The notes under the pieces: generated by a model
Seen by the model: only the letters and a program-made list of their open reading frames with translations
Told to the model about the DNA's origin: nothing
Databases searched by the model: none
Shown: in pieces, positions 1 through 17,791 of the stretch
How positions within the stretch are numbered: position 1 is the first letter of the stretch
Layout of the letters: each line of letters begins with the position of its first letter
Assembly: GCA_951406725.2 (NCBI GenBank)
Contig: OX597836.1
Coordinates: 34,720,001-34,784,000 of the forward strand
DNA: 64,000 bases
From: Octopus vulgaris
Lineage: Eukaryota
Direction: 5' to 3'
Position numbers and translations under genes: made by a program

Positions 1-39
1 AGCATTTTGTTCAAGAAAATATAACGCATCACCTGGTCC

Positions 40-230
40 AGAAGAACTCGATTGCCAGATCGGGCGGTGTGTTGTGTTCTTGAGCAAGACACTTCATTTC
101 ACGTTGCTCCCACTTTTAAGCGGGAGGTAGTGTCGGCCTGCTCGCCTAGCCAGTGGGGTGGCGTCATTCGAATGCGAAAACGATGCATAAGTGCATTGTG
201 AACAGTGATGTGTAACAGCATCTGATAGAC
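40..230 (+). mobile_element. Degenerate tRNA/CORE-type SINE fragment
   Basis: TTGTGTTCTTGAGCAAGACACTTCATTTCACGTTGCTCC also occurs at ~47460 and ~58815; the 3' part matches 34225-34275. Confidence 0.6.
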
Positions 231-465
231 TTGTGTCAGTCTTTTAGTTTTTTTTTTTTGATTTTTTGGTTTTATTTTGAGATCCCCTTTTCTATTTTAC
301 CATTTTGTTTTACATTTTCTCTGTCATATGATAACGTGATATGTATATATGTGTACGTGTGGGTATATATATATATATATATGTATATACACATATGTGT
401 GTTTGTGTGTGTGTATGTGTGTGTGTCTATGTAGGTATGTGTGTGTGTCTATGTATGTATGTATG

Positions 466-499
<34 letters not shown>

Positions 500-572
500 T
501 GTATGTTGTATGTATGTATGTATGCATGTATGTATGACGGTAGATTAAGCCCGGAAATAGCCGAACGAGCGA

Positions 573-624
573 TCCTTACTGAAGAGGCTACGGAGATAGC
601 CGAAACTGAATGTTCAGTATAGGA
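573..624 (+). ncRNA. Type I hammerhead ribozyme motif, canonical core
   Basis: CUGAAGA 579-585; stem II GGCUA/UAGCC; GAAA 602-605; stem III ACUGA/UCAGU; GUA cleavage triplet 617-619; stem I UCC(U)UA/UAGGA. Confidence 0.8.
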
Positions 625-896
625 AACTCTTGGGTCGATGTTTTGGGGCGATTGCAGCCCTTGTGAACATATATGTATAAAATTATGTGCCTTTACCACA
701 GCACTAGATCATTTTAGCTCCTATTTCTCGCAATGTAGGTGTTTCTAACACCCTTAGTTATATTTAGTAAGAATAATAATTTTCCTTTATGGTAACACAT
801 TGCGCACGGCTGTTCATATTAATGTGTGTGTGTATATATATATATATTTGTATGTGTATTCACTTATGTATGTTCACAAATGGTTTGATCTTTGTA

Positions 897-1116
897 TTCT
901 CTTTTACTCTTTTACTTGTTTCAGTCATTTGACTGTGGCCATGCTGGAGCACCGTCTTTAATCGAGCAAATCGACCCCAGGAATTATTCTTTGTAAGCCT
1001 AGCACTTATTCTATCGGCCTCTTTTGCCAAATCACTAAGTTACGGGGACGGAAACACACCAGCATCGGTTGTTGGGGGTCAAACACAGACACACAAACAT
1101 ATAAACACAAATACAT

Positions 1117-1150
<34 letters not shown>

Positions 1151-1356
1151 TCTTATATTTAGTCTAAATATATATATATATATATACACATATATATACA
1201 CATATATATATATATACATATATACGACGGGCTTCTTTCAGTTTCCGTCTACCAAATCCACTCACAAGGCTTTGGTCGGCCCGAGGTTATAGTTGAAGAC
1301 ACTTGCCCAAGGTGCCATGTGGTTGGTAAGCAAGCTACTTACCGCACAGCCACTCT
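897..1356 (-). mobile_element. SINE family A (tRNA head, internal TA/TG microsatellite, (AAAAGAGT)n tail)
   Basis: Reverse complement of the full copy at 25170-25590. Confidence 0.9.
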
Positions 1357-1665
1357 TATGATTACATATGATAAGTAAAATTATATAGTGTGTCTGTGTT
1401 CGCGGTCATGCTGGGGCACTGTTTACAAGGGTGTTGTTCAATTGATCCCAGTACTTATTCTGTGTGTGTGTATGTGTGTGCGTGTCTGTGTGTGTGTGTG
1501 TGTGTGTGTACGACAAGTCTGTACGCAGTTTCTCTTTACTAAATTCACTGACAAGACATACGGGGGCCCTGGTGCAACGCAGGTGGATCTGAACTCGAAA
1601 CCGCGTGGTTACAAACCGAGATTATTAACCACATAGCCATACCTATCACAATGTTTTCAATACAC

Positions 1666-2302
<637 letters not shown>

Positions 2303-3112
2303 AATGCACACATATACGTACACGTATATAAGTCAGGGTGAGAAAGAGCAAGAGTGAAAGAAAGAAACAAAGAGACAAACAAAGAAACAAAGAAAGAAGG
2401 AAGGAAGAAAGGAAGGAAGGAAGAAAAAAAGAAGGAAAAGGAAGGAAAAGGAAAGAAAGGGAGCGAGATCACATATGCGATACGCAGTGAGAAAAGGTGT
2501 GTCTGTGTTTTGTGTCGACTCTGATGAAAAACTACAGATCTTTCGAATCTTAAAAATCTGTAGATTAATTTAGTATATCTTGCAGTTTCGCTCACGTCAG
2601 ATTCCCCATTCTGTCATCGTCGGGAATTTCTGATATCGGTAATGGGACTATAATTTAATTTTTTCACAGTAGCACTTAATTCCTCTAATATCGTTACTCG
2701 CCAAATCCACAATGTCTAGCGTTGTCATCAACTTCCTGTTTTGTTTACAGAATATTGTGTCAGTCTTTTGGAGGAGTTTTTATTATTTTTATTTTTTGTT
2801 TTTTATTTTTTATTTTATTTTGGTGTCCCCTTTTCTATTTTACTATTTTGTTTTTATATTTATTCTTTTATCTATTCTTATTTTCTTTCTTGTTTTCAGT
2901 CATTTTTTACTGCGGCCATGCTGGGGCACCGCTTTGAAAGGTTTTAGTCGAGACTCCAGGACTTTTTTTTTTTTTTAAAGTCTTATTCTATCGATCACTT
3001 TTACCGAACCGCTAAGTTACAGGGATGTAAACACACCATCACCAGCTGTCAAGCGGCGGCGGTGGTGGAGGACTACACAATATTTTGATAGAAATATGTA
3101 AACAAAACAGGA

Positions 3113-4005
3113 AGCCGAGGTCGACTTTGCCTTTCATCCTTTCGGGGTCGATAAAGTAAGTACCAGTTACGCACTGAGGTCGATATTATCGACTTAATTC
3201 GTTTGTCTGTCCTTGTTTGTCCTCTCTATGTGTAGCCCATTGTGGGCAGTAAAGAAATAGGTATTTAATCTGTCTTTGCGCCCTGAGTTCAAATTCCGCC
3301 GAGGTCGACTTTGCTTTTTTCCTTTCGAGGTCGATAAAATAAGTACCGGTTGAATATTGAGGTCAATTTAATTGACTTAGCAGTTCCCTAAAACCTGCTT
3401 GCCTTGTGCCAAAATGATCTTCAATATCATGAAGGTGATTAGCTGGCAGAATCGTTAGCATTCCGGGCAAAATGCTTAGCGGTATTTTGTCCGCCCTTAC
3501 GTTCTGAGTTTAAATTCCGCCGAAGTCGACCTTGCCTTTCATCCTTTCGGAGCCGATGAAATAAGTACCAGTTACGCACTGGGGATCGATGTAATCGACT
3601 TATCCGTCCCCCAAAATTTCAGGCCTTGAGCCTATAGTAGAAAGGATTATTATCATTATAAAGGCAGCGAGCTGGCAGAATCGTTACCATGCTGGGCAAA
3701 ATGCATAGCGGCATTTCGTCTGTCTTTACGTGAGTTCAAATCCCGCCGTGGTCCACTTTGCCTTTCATCCTTTCGGGATCGATAAAATAAGTGTTTTCCT
3801 TGTCCCTTGAACTTGCTGGCTTTGTACGAAGTTTTGATACCATCCCTACGTTCTGAGTTCAAATTCCGCTGAGGTCGACTTTGCCTTTCATCCCCTCGGG
3901 ATTGATAAAATAAGTACCAGTGGAGCACTGGGGTCGATGTAATCGACCCACCCCCTCCCGAAAATTTCAGGCCTTGTGCCTATAGTAGAAAGAGTTGTTA
4001 TTATT
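3113..4005 (+). mobile_element. Cluster of about 5 partial or tandem SINE family B copies
   Basis: Repeated GAGTTCAAATTCCGCCGAGGTCGACTTTGCCTTTCATCCTTTCGGGGTCGAT (B-box-like); heads GGC(G/A)GCGAGCTGGCAGAATCGTT at ~3435 and ~3662. Confidence 0.9.
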
Positions 4006-4857
4006 ATCTATCATTATATGCTATGGACTTAAGTCTCTTGTTCCGAGGTTTGTTTTTTCTTTTCAATGTTTTGCAAGCGTAACCGAAGGAAGTCACTTTG
4101 ATTTTGGATCTATTTCCCACTGGGACCCTACTGGTTGTATTAGAGGGTCTCCCCTTTATTTGGATTAAACAACAATGTTGTTTTATTTTTTAATACTCTC
4201 GTTAAAATCATCTGGGGGTATTGTAAAAGTGGATTTTTCTTTCTTCGGATCTGTCCCCAGGGAGATTACAGTAAACAAAAAAAAAACAAAAGTAAGAACA
4301 TGTTAATGAACGCATAAACAAATAAACGCAGAAAATGAAAACTAATGCTACAACAGAAAAAAAGTATAGACAACAACAACAACAACAACAACAATATGCA
4401 TGTACGTATCGTGTTGGCGGAAAGAGGTATAACGGAAAACAATCCCTTCGTAAACGTTCTTCCAATCAAACGAAAGCTCTGGTTATAGAACATTTCACAC
4501 AAAGATCGAAAGCCGAGGTCATTTTGTACACAGGACAAGTTTGACAGTGAAACACACACACGAAGGATGGCGCGATGCGGAAGTAACCTGCTTGCTCCTT
4601 GCCAAGATACAAGAGGCTTTCCAACGGAGAAAGAATTAAAGACAACCCTGGCAGATATTTGGGAGTGAAGTATCTTATTTGGAGAGAGGGGACATATGAT
4701 ACAATACGGGACCAAGGGATGTGACAAAAGCCCAAGTCCAAACAGAATGCGATATATCTGCTCGCAAGCTGGTCCAGAAATACTCGGGGAAAAGAAACAT
4801 AAGGAACGCCGTCAGGGGCATCGATGACGATGTCGGCTCCTGGCCTGCAGTCAGTGT

Positions 4858-5075
4858 ATTCTTTTCTTTTTCTTGTTTCAGTCATTTGACTGCGGCCATG
4901 CTGGAGCACCGCCTTAAAGGGTTTTAGTCTAAAAAATCGACCCCAGGACTTATTCTTTGTAAGTCTGGTACTTATTCTAACGGTTTCTTTTGCCGAACCG
5001 CTAAGTTACGGGGACATAAACACACCGGCATTTGTTGTCAAGTGAATGCGGAGGGACAAACAGACACACGCATAA
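4858..5075 (-). mobile_element. SINE family A, 3' half
   Basis: Tail GTTTCAGTCATTTGACTGCGGCCATGCTGGAGCACCGCC plus body. Confidence 0.85.
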
Positions 5076-5088
5076 ATACATATGCATG

Positions 5089-5401
<313 letters not shown>

Positions 5402-5919
5402 TGCTCCAGCAATCAAACGGCTGAAACAAGTAAAAGAGTGAAAAGAGTAAAGTTTACCGTGTGTCTCCAATTAACTATTTTGCTTGCGTGGACCCCAAAA
5501 GTTTTATACAGACTCCCCCGCGCTCTACCAGGGGCCATATGGACACGAATTGAGAACTACCGCCGTAGAGATTCCCTAATTGGTTCGGCTGGATGTGATG
5601 GATAGTGAGGTGTGAGGCAGAGTGTATGAAATAAAACCGATACAGGAGATGAGAGATATTGAAAGCGATGAAGACGTTGCGGTGCAGTGAAAATAGGGGA
5701 TGATGATAGCGAGAGAGATGAAGCAGAAGAGGGAGGCGGGGCGGAGTCTGGATGTGATAACAGGGGTGAAAAGGCTGTATACACTGGAGGTGGTTGAGAC
5801 CGGGAAGGTGGCTTATATTTTGGGGATTCTTCTGTGCTGCGACTATCAACACTGGCTACGATACATTTAACAGACACCTGGTCGGGAGGAACAAACTTGC
5901 CGTACAGATGTTGCGTCAT

Positions 5920-5924
5920 ATATG

Positions 5925-6022
<98 letters not shown>

Positions 6023-6282
6023 CATACATGTACCTATAAGTATATCTATTTGCGAGTGTATGTATATATATATACGTATGTGTAAATTACTGTATGTACG
6101 CGTGTAGGTATCTATCTAACAATCTATCCATCTATTTTTTTGTGTTTATATATATATATATATATATGCACATACATATAATATATATATATATAATATA
6201 TATACACACATATATTATATACATATATGCATATACATGTTTATAAATACATATGCATATGTGTGTATATGTATATATTTAA

Positions 6283-6347
<65 letters not shown>

Positions 6348-6417
6348 ACATAAACACAGACGCACGCACATATACATACACATATACAGACATGCATATA
6401 CACATACATACATACAC

Positions 6418-6450
<33 letters not shown>

Positions 6451-6492
6451 CATGCATGCATATACATATATACCTATGCACACACATTCATG

Positions 6493-6544
<52 letters not shown>

Positions 6545-6828
6545 TGTATACCTGTATAGAACAATGCTACGTGCATAGACAAGCGTGTACCTATATATCC
6601 ATGTATGTATGTGTGTGTGTGTCTGTCTGTTCGTGCATGTGCGCGTGTGCTCGTGTGAGTGTATTTAATTTGTTTACAAACGTAAAAAGCAGTCAATATA
6701 TACAATAGAATTTATATTTATTTGAAATCAGCTGATAAAATAAACTATGTACACAAGCCTGGGAACTACATTAAATTGTTATGCAGAATCGTCGCCATTT
6801 TAAGTGAAGTTCACACGTGATTGCTTAC

Positions 6829-6875
<47 letters not shown>

Positions 6876-6910
6876 TATATATAGTATATATAGTATATAT
6901 AGTATATATA

Positions 6911-6996
<86 letters not shown>

Positions 6997-7015
6997 GCGT
7001 ACATACATACATACA
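5920..7015. repeat. (TA)n-rich region ending in (GATA)n
   Basis: Seen directly. Confidence 0.9.
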
Positions 7016-7376
7016 TATTCAGAACACGCATATCACACACATGCATATTGTGTGTGTGTGTATGTATGTGTATGTGTGTATATATGTGTGTGTATTTGCG
7101 TGAGTGAGTGTCTAGCTATTATCTTTCTATATACACACACGTTTACATACATAGATACATCCATACATAGACACACTCACACATATATACATACATATGA
7201 GTGTGTGTGTGTGTGTGTTTTGCGTGCATATATATCTGTCTCGGTCTGTCTGTCTGTCTCTCTCTCGCACACACTCACACACATACACTCAGACACTCAG
7301 ACACTAACACACACACACACTCACACACTCACACTCGTACACATACGATTACACTTTCTCTCTTTTTCTCCCTCAA

Positions 7377-7907
7377 TGGCTGTGTGGTAAGAAGTTTGCT
7401 TACCAACCACGTGAATTTGGGTTCAGTCCTGCTGCGTGGCATCTTGGGCAAGTGTCTTCTACTAGATCCCCGGTCCGACCAAAGCCTTGAAAATTAATTT
7501 GGTTGACGGACACTGAAAGAATCCCATCGTATACGCATATATCTGTGCGTGTGTCTATCTTTGGCAACCGGTGTTGGTTTGATTATTTCCCCGTAAGTAT
7601 AGGGATCAAAAAGAGCCCTGTAGGATAAGTAGCAAGTTTATAAAATAAGTACTGGGGTCGATTCATTCGACTAAAACCCTTTAAGATGGTGCCCCAGTAT
7701 GGTCACAGTAAAAGTCGAAAATAAATATAGGGCAAGTGTGGCAATAGGCGCAGGTGTGGCCGTGTAGTAAGAAGTTTGCTTCCCAAACACATGGTTCCGG
7801 GTTCAGTCCCACTGCGTAGCACCTTCGGCAAGTGTTTTTACTATAGCCTCGGACCGACCAAAGCCTTGTGACTAGATTTGGTTGACGGAAACTGGAAAAA
7901 GCCCATC

Positions 7908-7910
<3 letters not shown>
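7377..7910 (+). mobile_element. Two SINE family A copies (diverged near-full copy, then a 5' half from 7746)
   Basis: GGCTGTGTGGTAAGAAGTTTGCTT heads; GGCAAGTGTCTTCTACTA; GACGGAAACTG. Confidence 0.85.
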
Positions 7911-7967
<57 letters not shown>

Positions 7968-8224
7968 ATATATATTTTATACTTTTTGAGATCTAGTTAT
8001 AAGTTATATATAGGGAAAAAGATTTATAAATATATATATATATATTATTTGTTATTTATATATTGATTTATATCTATCACTTTTTGAGTTGCATAATAGT
8101 GGTTTTATCTCTAATTCATATTTTATATTTTATATATTTATACTGTGAAATTTGATTTAATACTAAATTGAATTTTTCCTTGTAAGTTTGGAGTTATACT
8201 CCCTAATATTATATATATATATAA

Positions 8225-8739
8225 ATACAAAGAAGATCGTCTCTTTGCAACAGCTCAGCTACTGGGAAAGGCTGAAACAGCTAAGACTCTACTCCCTGGA
8301 GAGAAGACGGGAGAGGTATGCAGTGATATATGTCTGGAAGATCCTGGAAGGAATTGTGCCAAATTTTGGCATTGTAAGCTACACCAATGCTAGAACGGGA
8401 CGACACTGCATAGTGCCAAAGATTCCAGCAATGCCATCACGCTTCAGGACCAGCTTCTACAACAGCCTGGGTTTCAAGGGCCCACAGCTTTTTAATATTC
8501 TCCCAAAGAGTCTGAGGAACTTGCACAAAGTAATGTAGCGGTTTTTAAATCAAAGCTGAACATCTTCCTGTCAAGAGTCCCAGATGAGCCTACCTCACGG
8601 CAAGAGGTACAAATGAGAGTAGCTGTATCAAACTCCATTCTTCACCAAGTGCCACATATTAGACGAGGTTCGTCGTAATAACAGTGTAGCACAAAACGGC
8701 GGTGCATCAGCATGGCCGCAGCTCTGAGCTGAAACTAGA

Positions 8740-8748
<9 letters not shown>
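8225..8748 (+). mobile_element. CR1/L2-type LINE, 3' end (5'-truncated)
   Basis: LSYWERLKQLRLYSLERRRERYAVIYVWKILEG, homologous to the C-terminus of the 57323-58222 ORF; 3' stem-loop and A-rich tail. Confidence 0.85.
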
Positions 8749-8781
<33 letters not shown>

Positions 8782-8976
8782 AGAGTATTGTAGTCCGCTT
8801 GAAGCATTGTAGTACGTAAGTAGAATAATGTTTGACACGAGAAATAAGGAAATTTTTTGTAACAATGTAGAAAGTTTTTAAATCACTATATTTTGGACGC
8901 AACAGTTTCTAGCACAATCAATGGTCTAACCAAAATGGCAGGATCTGTGTAAATACACATTTTTTACTGTATTCTC

Positions 8977-9009
8977 GTGAAGACAGGCCTTTGCCGAAAC
9001 TTCGAAGTC
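8977..9009 (+). ncRNA. Degenerate hammerhead-like motif
   Basis: GUGA(AG)ACA-GGC-CUUU-GCC-GAAA-CUUCGAAG-UC; palindromic stem III; stem I not evident. Confidence 0.45.
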
Positions 9010-9109
9010 ACTATCAATAATATTCTTCTTTTAGAATAATTACTTATAATTATTGTGTCTGTGTGTGTATGTATGCATGTATATATGTATGTACGTGTGT
9101 ATGTATGTG

Positions 9110-9798
9110 CATATGTAGGTATGTATATATGTAGGCAGGTAGGTAGGTAGGTAGGTAGGTAGGTAGGCAGGTAGGCAGGATGGTAGGTAGGTAGGTAGGT
9201 AGGTAGGTAGGTAGGTAGGTAGGTAGATAGGTAGGTAGGCAGACTGGTAGGTTGCTAGGTAGGTAGGTAGGTAAGTATGTATGTATGTATGTAGGTAGGT
9301 AGGTAGGCAGGCAGGCAGGTAGGTAGGTAGGTAGGTAGGTAGGTAGGTAGGTAGGTAGGTAGGTAGGTAGGTAGGTAGGTAGGTAGGTAGGTAGATAGGT
9401 AGGTAGGAGAGTAGGTAGATAGGTAGGTAGGCAGGCAGGTAAGTTGGTAGGTAGGTAGGTAAAGTATGTATGTATGTATGTATGTATGTATGTATGTATG
9501 TATGTATGTATGTAGGTAGGTAGGTAGGTAGGTAGGTAGGTAGGTAGGCAAGCAGGCAGATAGGTAGGTAGGTAGGTAGGTAGGTAGGTAGGTAGGTAGG
9601 TAGGTAGGTAGGTAGGTAGGTAGGTAGGTAGGTAGGTAGATAGGTAGGTAGGTAGGTAGGTAGGTAGGTAGGTAGGTAGGTAGGTAGGTAGGTAGGTAGA
9701 TAGGTAGGTAGATAGGTAGGTAGGTAGATAGATAGGTAGGTAGGTAGGTAGGTTGGTAGGTAGGTAGGCAGGCAGGTGAATGGGTGGGTAGGTAGGTA
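9110..9798. repeat. (GTAG)n tetranucleotide tract with (GTAT)n blocks
   Basis: Seen directly. Confidence 0.97.
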
Positions 9799-10539
9799 AC
9801 ATATGCATTCGCTTAAGTACTTACTGGGTTGGTGTCGTTTGCTGTTAGTTTGGGTTTTCACGTTAACACCAACAATTAGACATTCAAATGTTAACGAAAA
9901 ATGGCGTCGACCTATTAAACATAATTATACTTTAGCCCATGTATTGAGTACTTTTTCTTATCTCTTATAAACAACGTGTTTGTGTGTGTGTATGTGTGTG
10001 TATGTTTGTGTATGTTTGTGTGTCCGTACGTATATTCACAGATTAATATAGATATCGTCTCTCTCTCTCTCTCTTTTCTTTCTTTTTTCTCCCTTCTGTC
10101 TGTCTGTCTGTCTGTCCCTCTCGCTCTTTCTCTCTCTCTCTTTCTCTCATCGGGCCGAACTGTCGACACTGCCGAAAGAGGAAATAATCCAGCCAAAGTT
10201 AAGTAACACATGTTAGATAATTCAATCACTTAGTGAGTGAGTCGAGGCATTATACTACCGGTAGTTACTTTCACACAGCGGGAGAGGCTGGCGCGGTTGG
10301 AGTGGGGATATATACAAACGGCATCACTCGCACGGCGTCGGCATCAGCACCATCGCATATCCCAGACACATTTACCATTATCACCATCAACCACAGCAAA
10401 CACACACACACACATAGACGCATACACACATACATATTTATACATGTACACACACACGTATATATCTACACTCACGCACACATATGTATACATCAACACA
10501 CACACACATACACGCGCGCATACACACATGCACCATACT

Positions 10540-10716
10540 TTTCTCTTTCTCTCTTTCCCGCAGTCTTCTTTCTCTCTCTCTCTATTTCTTTCAATCTCTC
10601 TCTCTCTCTCTCAATCTTTCTCTCCCTCTCTCTTTCTCTTAATCTCTTTTTCTCTCCCTCACTTTCTCTCTCCCTCTAGTTCCCTCTATCTCCCTCTTTC
10701 TCTTTCCTTCTCTCTA

Positions 10717-10747
<31 letters not shown>

Positions 10748-10965
10748 TTCTCATTCACTCTCTCTCTCTCTTTCTCCTTCACTCTCTCTCTTTCTCTCTC
10801 TCCCTCTTTCTGTTTCTCTCCCTCTCTCTTCCTCTCCCTCTCTCTCAATCTCTCTCACACACAATGTCTCCCTTTCTCTTTCTCTCTCTCTCTCCCTTTT
10901 TCTCTTTCTCTCTCTCCCTCTCCCTCTCCCTCTCCCTCTCCCTCTCCCTCTCTCTCTCTCTCTCA
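10540..10965. repeat. Polypyrimidine (CT)n-like tract
   Basis: Seen directly. Confidence 0.95.
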
Positions 10966-11234
10966 ATCTCCCCGAAAGGCAAACACAAATTGAAGAAGAT
11001 CAGACAAGACCATTCGAGCAGTTTTCTCCATCATCAATAATTACACGTGGTAAGTTTTCGTATTTTTGCGGAGGGGCGGAGGGGCGAAAGGAGAACGATG
11101 GAGAGGGCGAGGTGGGATTGGGGTGGCGCCGGGGGGGGGGGGGTTGTTATAATAAAGACCACCAAGGAACTGTTGAACAGAAAATGCAGCGAAAGACAAG
11201 GAGATGAATAACAACAAAAACTAACCTATTTTCA

Positions 11235-11707
11235 GCATCGTCACCATCACAGAAGCCATCAACCTTATCCCCCTCCTCCTCCTCCTCCTCCTCCTCCTCC
11301 TCCTCCCCGCCTTCCACGGCCCCTCCTCATCCACTTCCTCCTCATCATCATCGTCATCATCATCATCATCATCATCATCGTCGTCGTCGTCGTCATTGTC
11401 ATCACCAGCACCAGCACCAGCACCACCAACACCATTACTACCACCACTATTATTACCGCCACCATCACTACCACCACCGCCACCACCATCATCATCATTA
11501 ACATCATCACCAGCACCACCGCCACCATCATACTACCACAATTACTACCACCACCATTATTACTACCATCATCATCATCACCATCACCACCATCATCATC
11601 ACCATCATCACCATCATCCTCATTATCATCATCATCATCATCATCATTATCATCATCATCATCATCATCATCACCATTAACATCATCATCATCATCACCA
11701 TCATCAC

Positions 11708-11770
<63 letters not shown>

Positions 11771-11859
11771 TAACATCATCATCATCATCACCAGCACCAC
11801 CGCCACCATCATACTACCACAATTACTACTACCATCAACATCAGCACCATCACCACCAC

Positions 11860-11892
<33 letters not shown>

Positions 11893-11896
11893 CATT

Positions 11897-11930
<34 letters not shown>

Positions 11931-11960
11931 ACAGTAGCAGCAACATCATCATCATCATCT
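11235..11960. repeat. (CCT)n/(CAT)n/(CAC)n trinucleotide region with an internal duplication
   Basis: ACCAGCACCACCGCCACCATCATACTACCACAATTACTAC occurs twice (~11510 and ~11790). Confidence 0.95.
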
Positions 11961-11984
11961 GTATCAACATTATAGAAACAGGAT

Positions 11985-12700
<716 letters not shown>

Positions 12701-12836
12701 ACGTATATATATATACACACACACACATATATATACCTGTGTATATATAAGGGTGAATTTACGAAAAAAAAAAACGAATACAGGTGTTGTACAAAACAAA
12801 CAGATATATTAGTATAACGCTCAGGAATAGAAAAAC

Positions 12837-12869
12837 TCTTTTACGTTTCGAGCTAACGCTCTTCTACAG
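12837..12869 (-). ncRNA. Hammerhead-like motif, CUGUAGA core, 5' stem I arm lost
   Basis: Minus strand CUGUAGA-A-GAGC-GUUA-GCUC-GAAACGUA-AAAGA; same family as 20503 and 44151. Confidence 0.6.
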
Positions 12870-13130
12870 TCGAGAGATCACGGGTTCGAATCTCAAACCG
12901 AGCGATGTGTGTGTTTATGAGTGAAACACCTAAGCTCCACGCGGCTCCGGCAGAAGGTAATGGCGAACTTCTGCTGACTCTTTCGCCACAACTTTCTCTC
13001 ACTCTTTCCTCCTGCATCTTGCAGCTCACCTGCGACGGACCGGCGTCCCTTCCAGGTGGGGAACCTATACGCCAAGGAAACCGGGAAACCGGCCATGTGA
13101 ACCAGGCATTGTTTGAGAAGGAACAAACAA
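12870..13130 (+). mobile_element. SINE family C (B-box, V-domain-like core)
   Basis: GGTTCGAATC; CCTGCGACGGACCGGCGTCCCTTCCAGG; second copy at 21620-21785. Confidence 0.75.
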
Positions 13131-13249
13131 ACATACATACATGCATACATACACATATACATACATGCATGTCTGCATGCATACATACGTACATACATAC
13201 ATACATACATACATACATACATACATACATACATACATACATACATACA

Positions 13250-13283
<34 letters not shown>

Positions 13284-13387
13284 CATACATGCATACATGC
13301 ATGCATGCATACATACATACATACATACATACATACATACATACATACATACATACATACATACATACATACATACATACATACATA
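13131..13387. repeat. (CATA)n microsatellite
   Basis: Seen directly. Confidence 0.97.
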
Positions 13388-14079
13388 GATGAATACGTCC
13401 ATGCATGCAAGCGAACAGCATGAGCGAGAAACTGAGAGAGAGCAAAGATAGAAAGGCTCCAACGAGTTATGTCAGATGTCTTGCTAGTTTCCCCCGAAAT
13501 CAATGCAATATTATTTTCAAACTGGAATTCCGAAGTATTATTCTTGGACAACAGTTTTACATCACATCACGCCACACTACTTACCACACAACGCTCCGCC
13601 TTACCTCACTCACATTAATCTCGACCATTCAACAATTATTAAGAACCCATCCATCGGACGTCGACACGAACCCGTTCCATAAGAACACAGCACACAGAAT
13701 AATATATGCACCAGGTTTAAACTTTGGGGTTTCCACGTGTCAAAGCCAATACAGAAATCCGAGTTTGATTCTTCCAAATCATACCTCGCTTAAGATCATA
13801 AAACGTCAAGGTTTTATGGACGCGTCTATTTAGTAATAATTGTTTGGGTTTGAAGATATGTGAGGGATTCATTAGTAAAAGGTTTGACCTCCAGGTTAAA
13901 AACACGTTGATCGGAGAGCGGCCACAGCTAGGATACAGGTTCGCTGTCAGATTGGCAAATGGCTGGAGATAAGTGGAATGACAAATCTGAACTCGTTGAG
14001 ATGTATTTAATACTTCCGAGCGCTTTTAAATACATTTTAAATACACTTTGTTTCTCCTCCCTCTCTATCTCACTCTTTC

Positions 14080-14115
<36 letters not shown>

Positions 14116-14189
14116 CTATATATATCTATTTCCCTCCTTATATTTGTGTCTGAGCACGCGCGCGAAAATAGTGGATACACGTATCCATA

Positions 14190-15860
<1,671 letters not shown>

Positions 15861-16404
15861 GCATGTATGCATGAACGAATGTACGTATTCTGATAAAGAC
15901 AAACGTTTCGGGTGATTAAATTCCATATTACTTTACAATAATTGTCCGTTAAAACAGACGATCGTCCCATACTGGATTCTATTGTACTTTACCGTCCAAG
16001 AAGTTGCCGCGTAAAAGACAACAGGGAGGGGCTTGTTGAGATTCTTCAGTCGAGTTATCAATTAATGTTGACGTAAGCAGAATAATTCGGGGAATTGGCC
16101 AGGAACTGATCTTTACACAACCTCTCTCAACCGCACACGTATAAATATACACATACGTGCATGCATGCATACATATATACATACATACATTGTTTCTGTT
16201 ATCTGCATTCCAATGATAGAGCCTTGTATCTATGCTAGGAACCAAGTTCCTTCTGCAAAGGAAGAATTTAAAGAATCAAGAACAGAAGAGAACATACTTG
16301 CAAGAATTGAGAATTAACACAAAATTCAAACATTGGAAATTCCTTATTCAGTATCTTTTTTTACGGATAACGTTCACCTTTTACTCTGCCTTTGTCTGTC
16401 GATT

Positions 16405-17482
<1,078 letters not shown>

Positions 17483-17634
17483 CTGTGCATATATATGCTT
17501 GCTTCAATTCTAATTCAGATTTACAAAGATGCATTCTTCCACCTATGTGTCTGCCTATGCACGTGCATATGTGTATATGTGTGTTCGTGAGATACACACA
17601 TGCGTAAACAGGCGAGGGCAAAATTTACTTAATA

Positions 17635-17790
17635 CGGGTTTCAAATTTTTAAGGCCAGCAAGATCGGGGACTGGGGGGTGTGCTAAATCGATTACATCGA
17701 CCCCCCCCCCAGTGCTCAACTGGTACTTATTTTATCGACCCTGAAAAAATGAAAGGCAAAGTAGACCTTGGCGGAATTTGATTTTAGAAT
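17635..17790 (-). mobile_element. SINE family B fragment
   Basis: Reverse complement of the family B body. Confidence 0.8.
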
Positions 17791-17791
17791 T

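Noticed and set aside
2515-2605. CTGATGA and a reverse CTGACG..GAAAC
   Set aside because: Stems I-III could not be assembled
13405-13833. 142 aa non-repetitive ORF
   Set aside because: No recognisable domain or exon boundaries; chance ORF cannot be excluded
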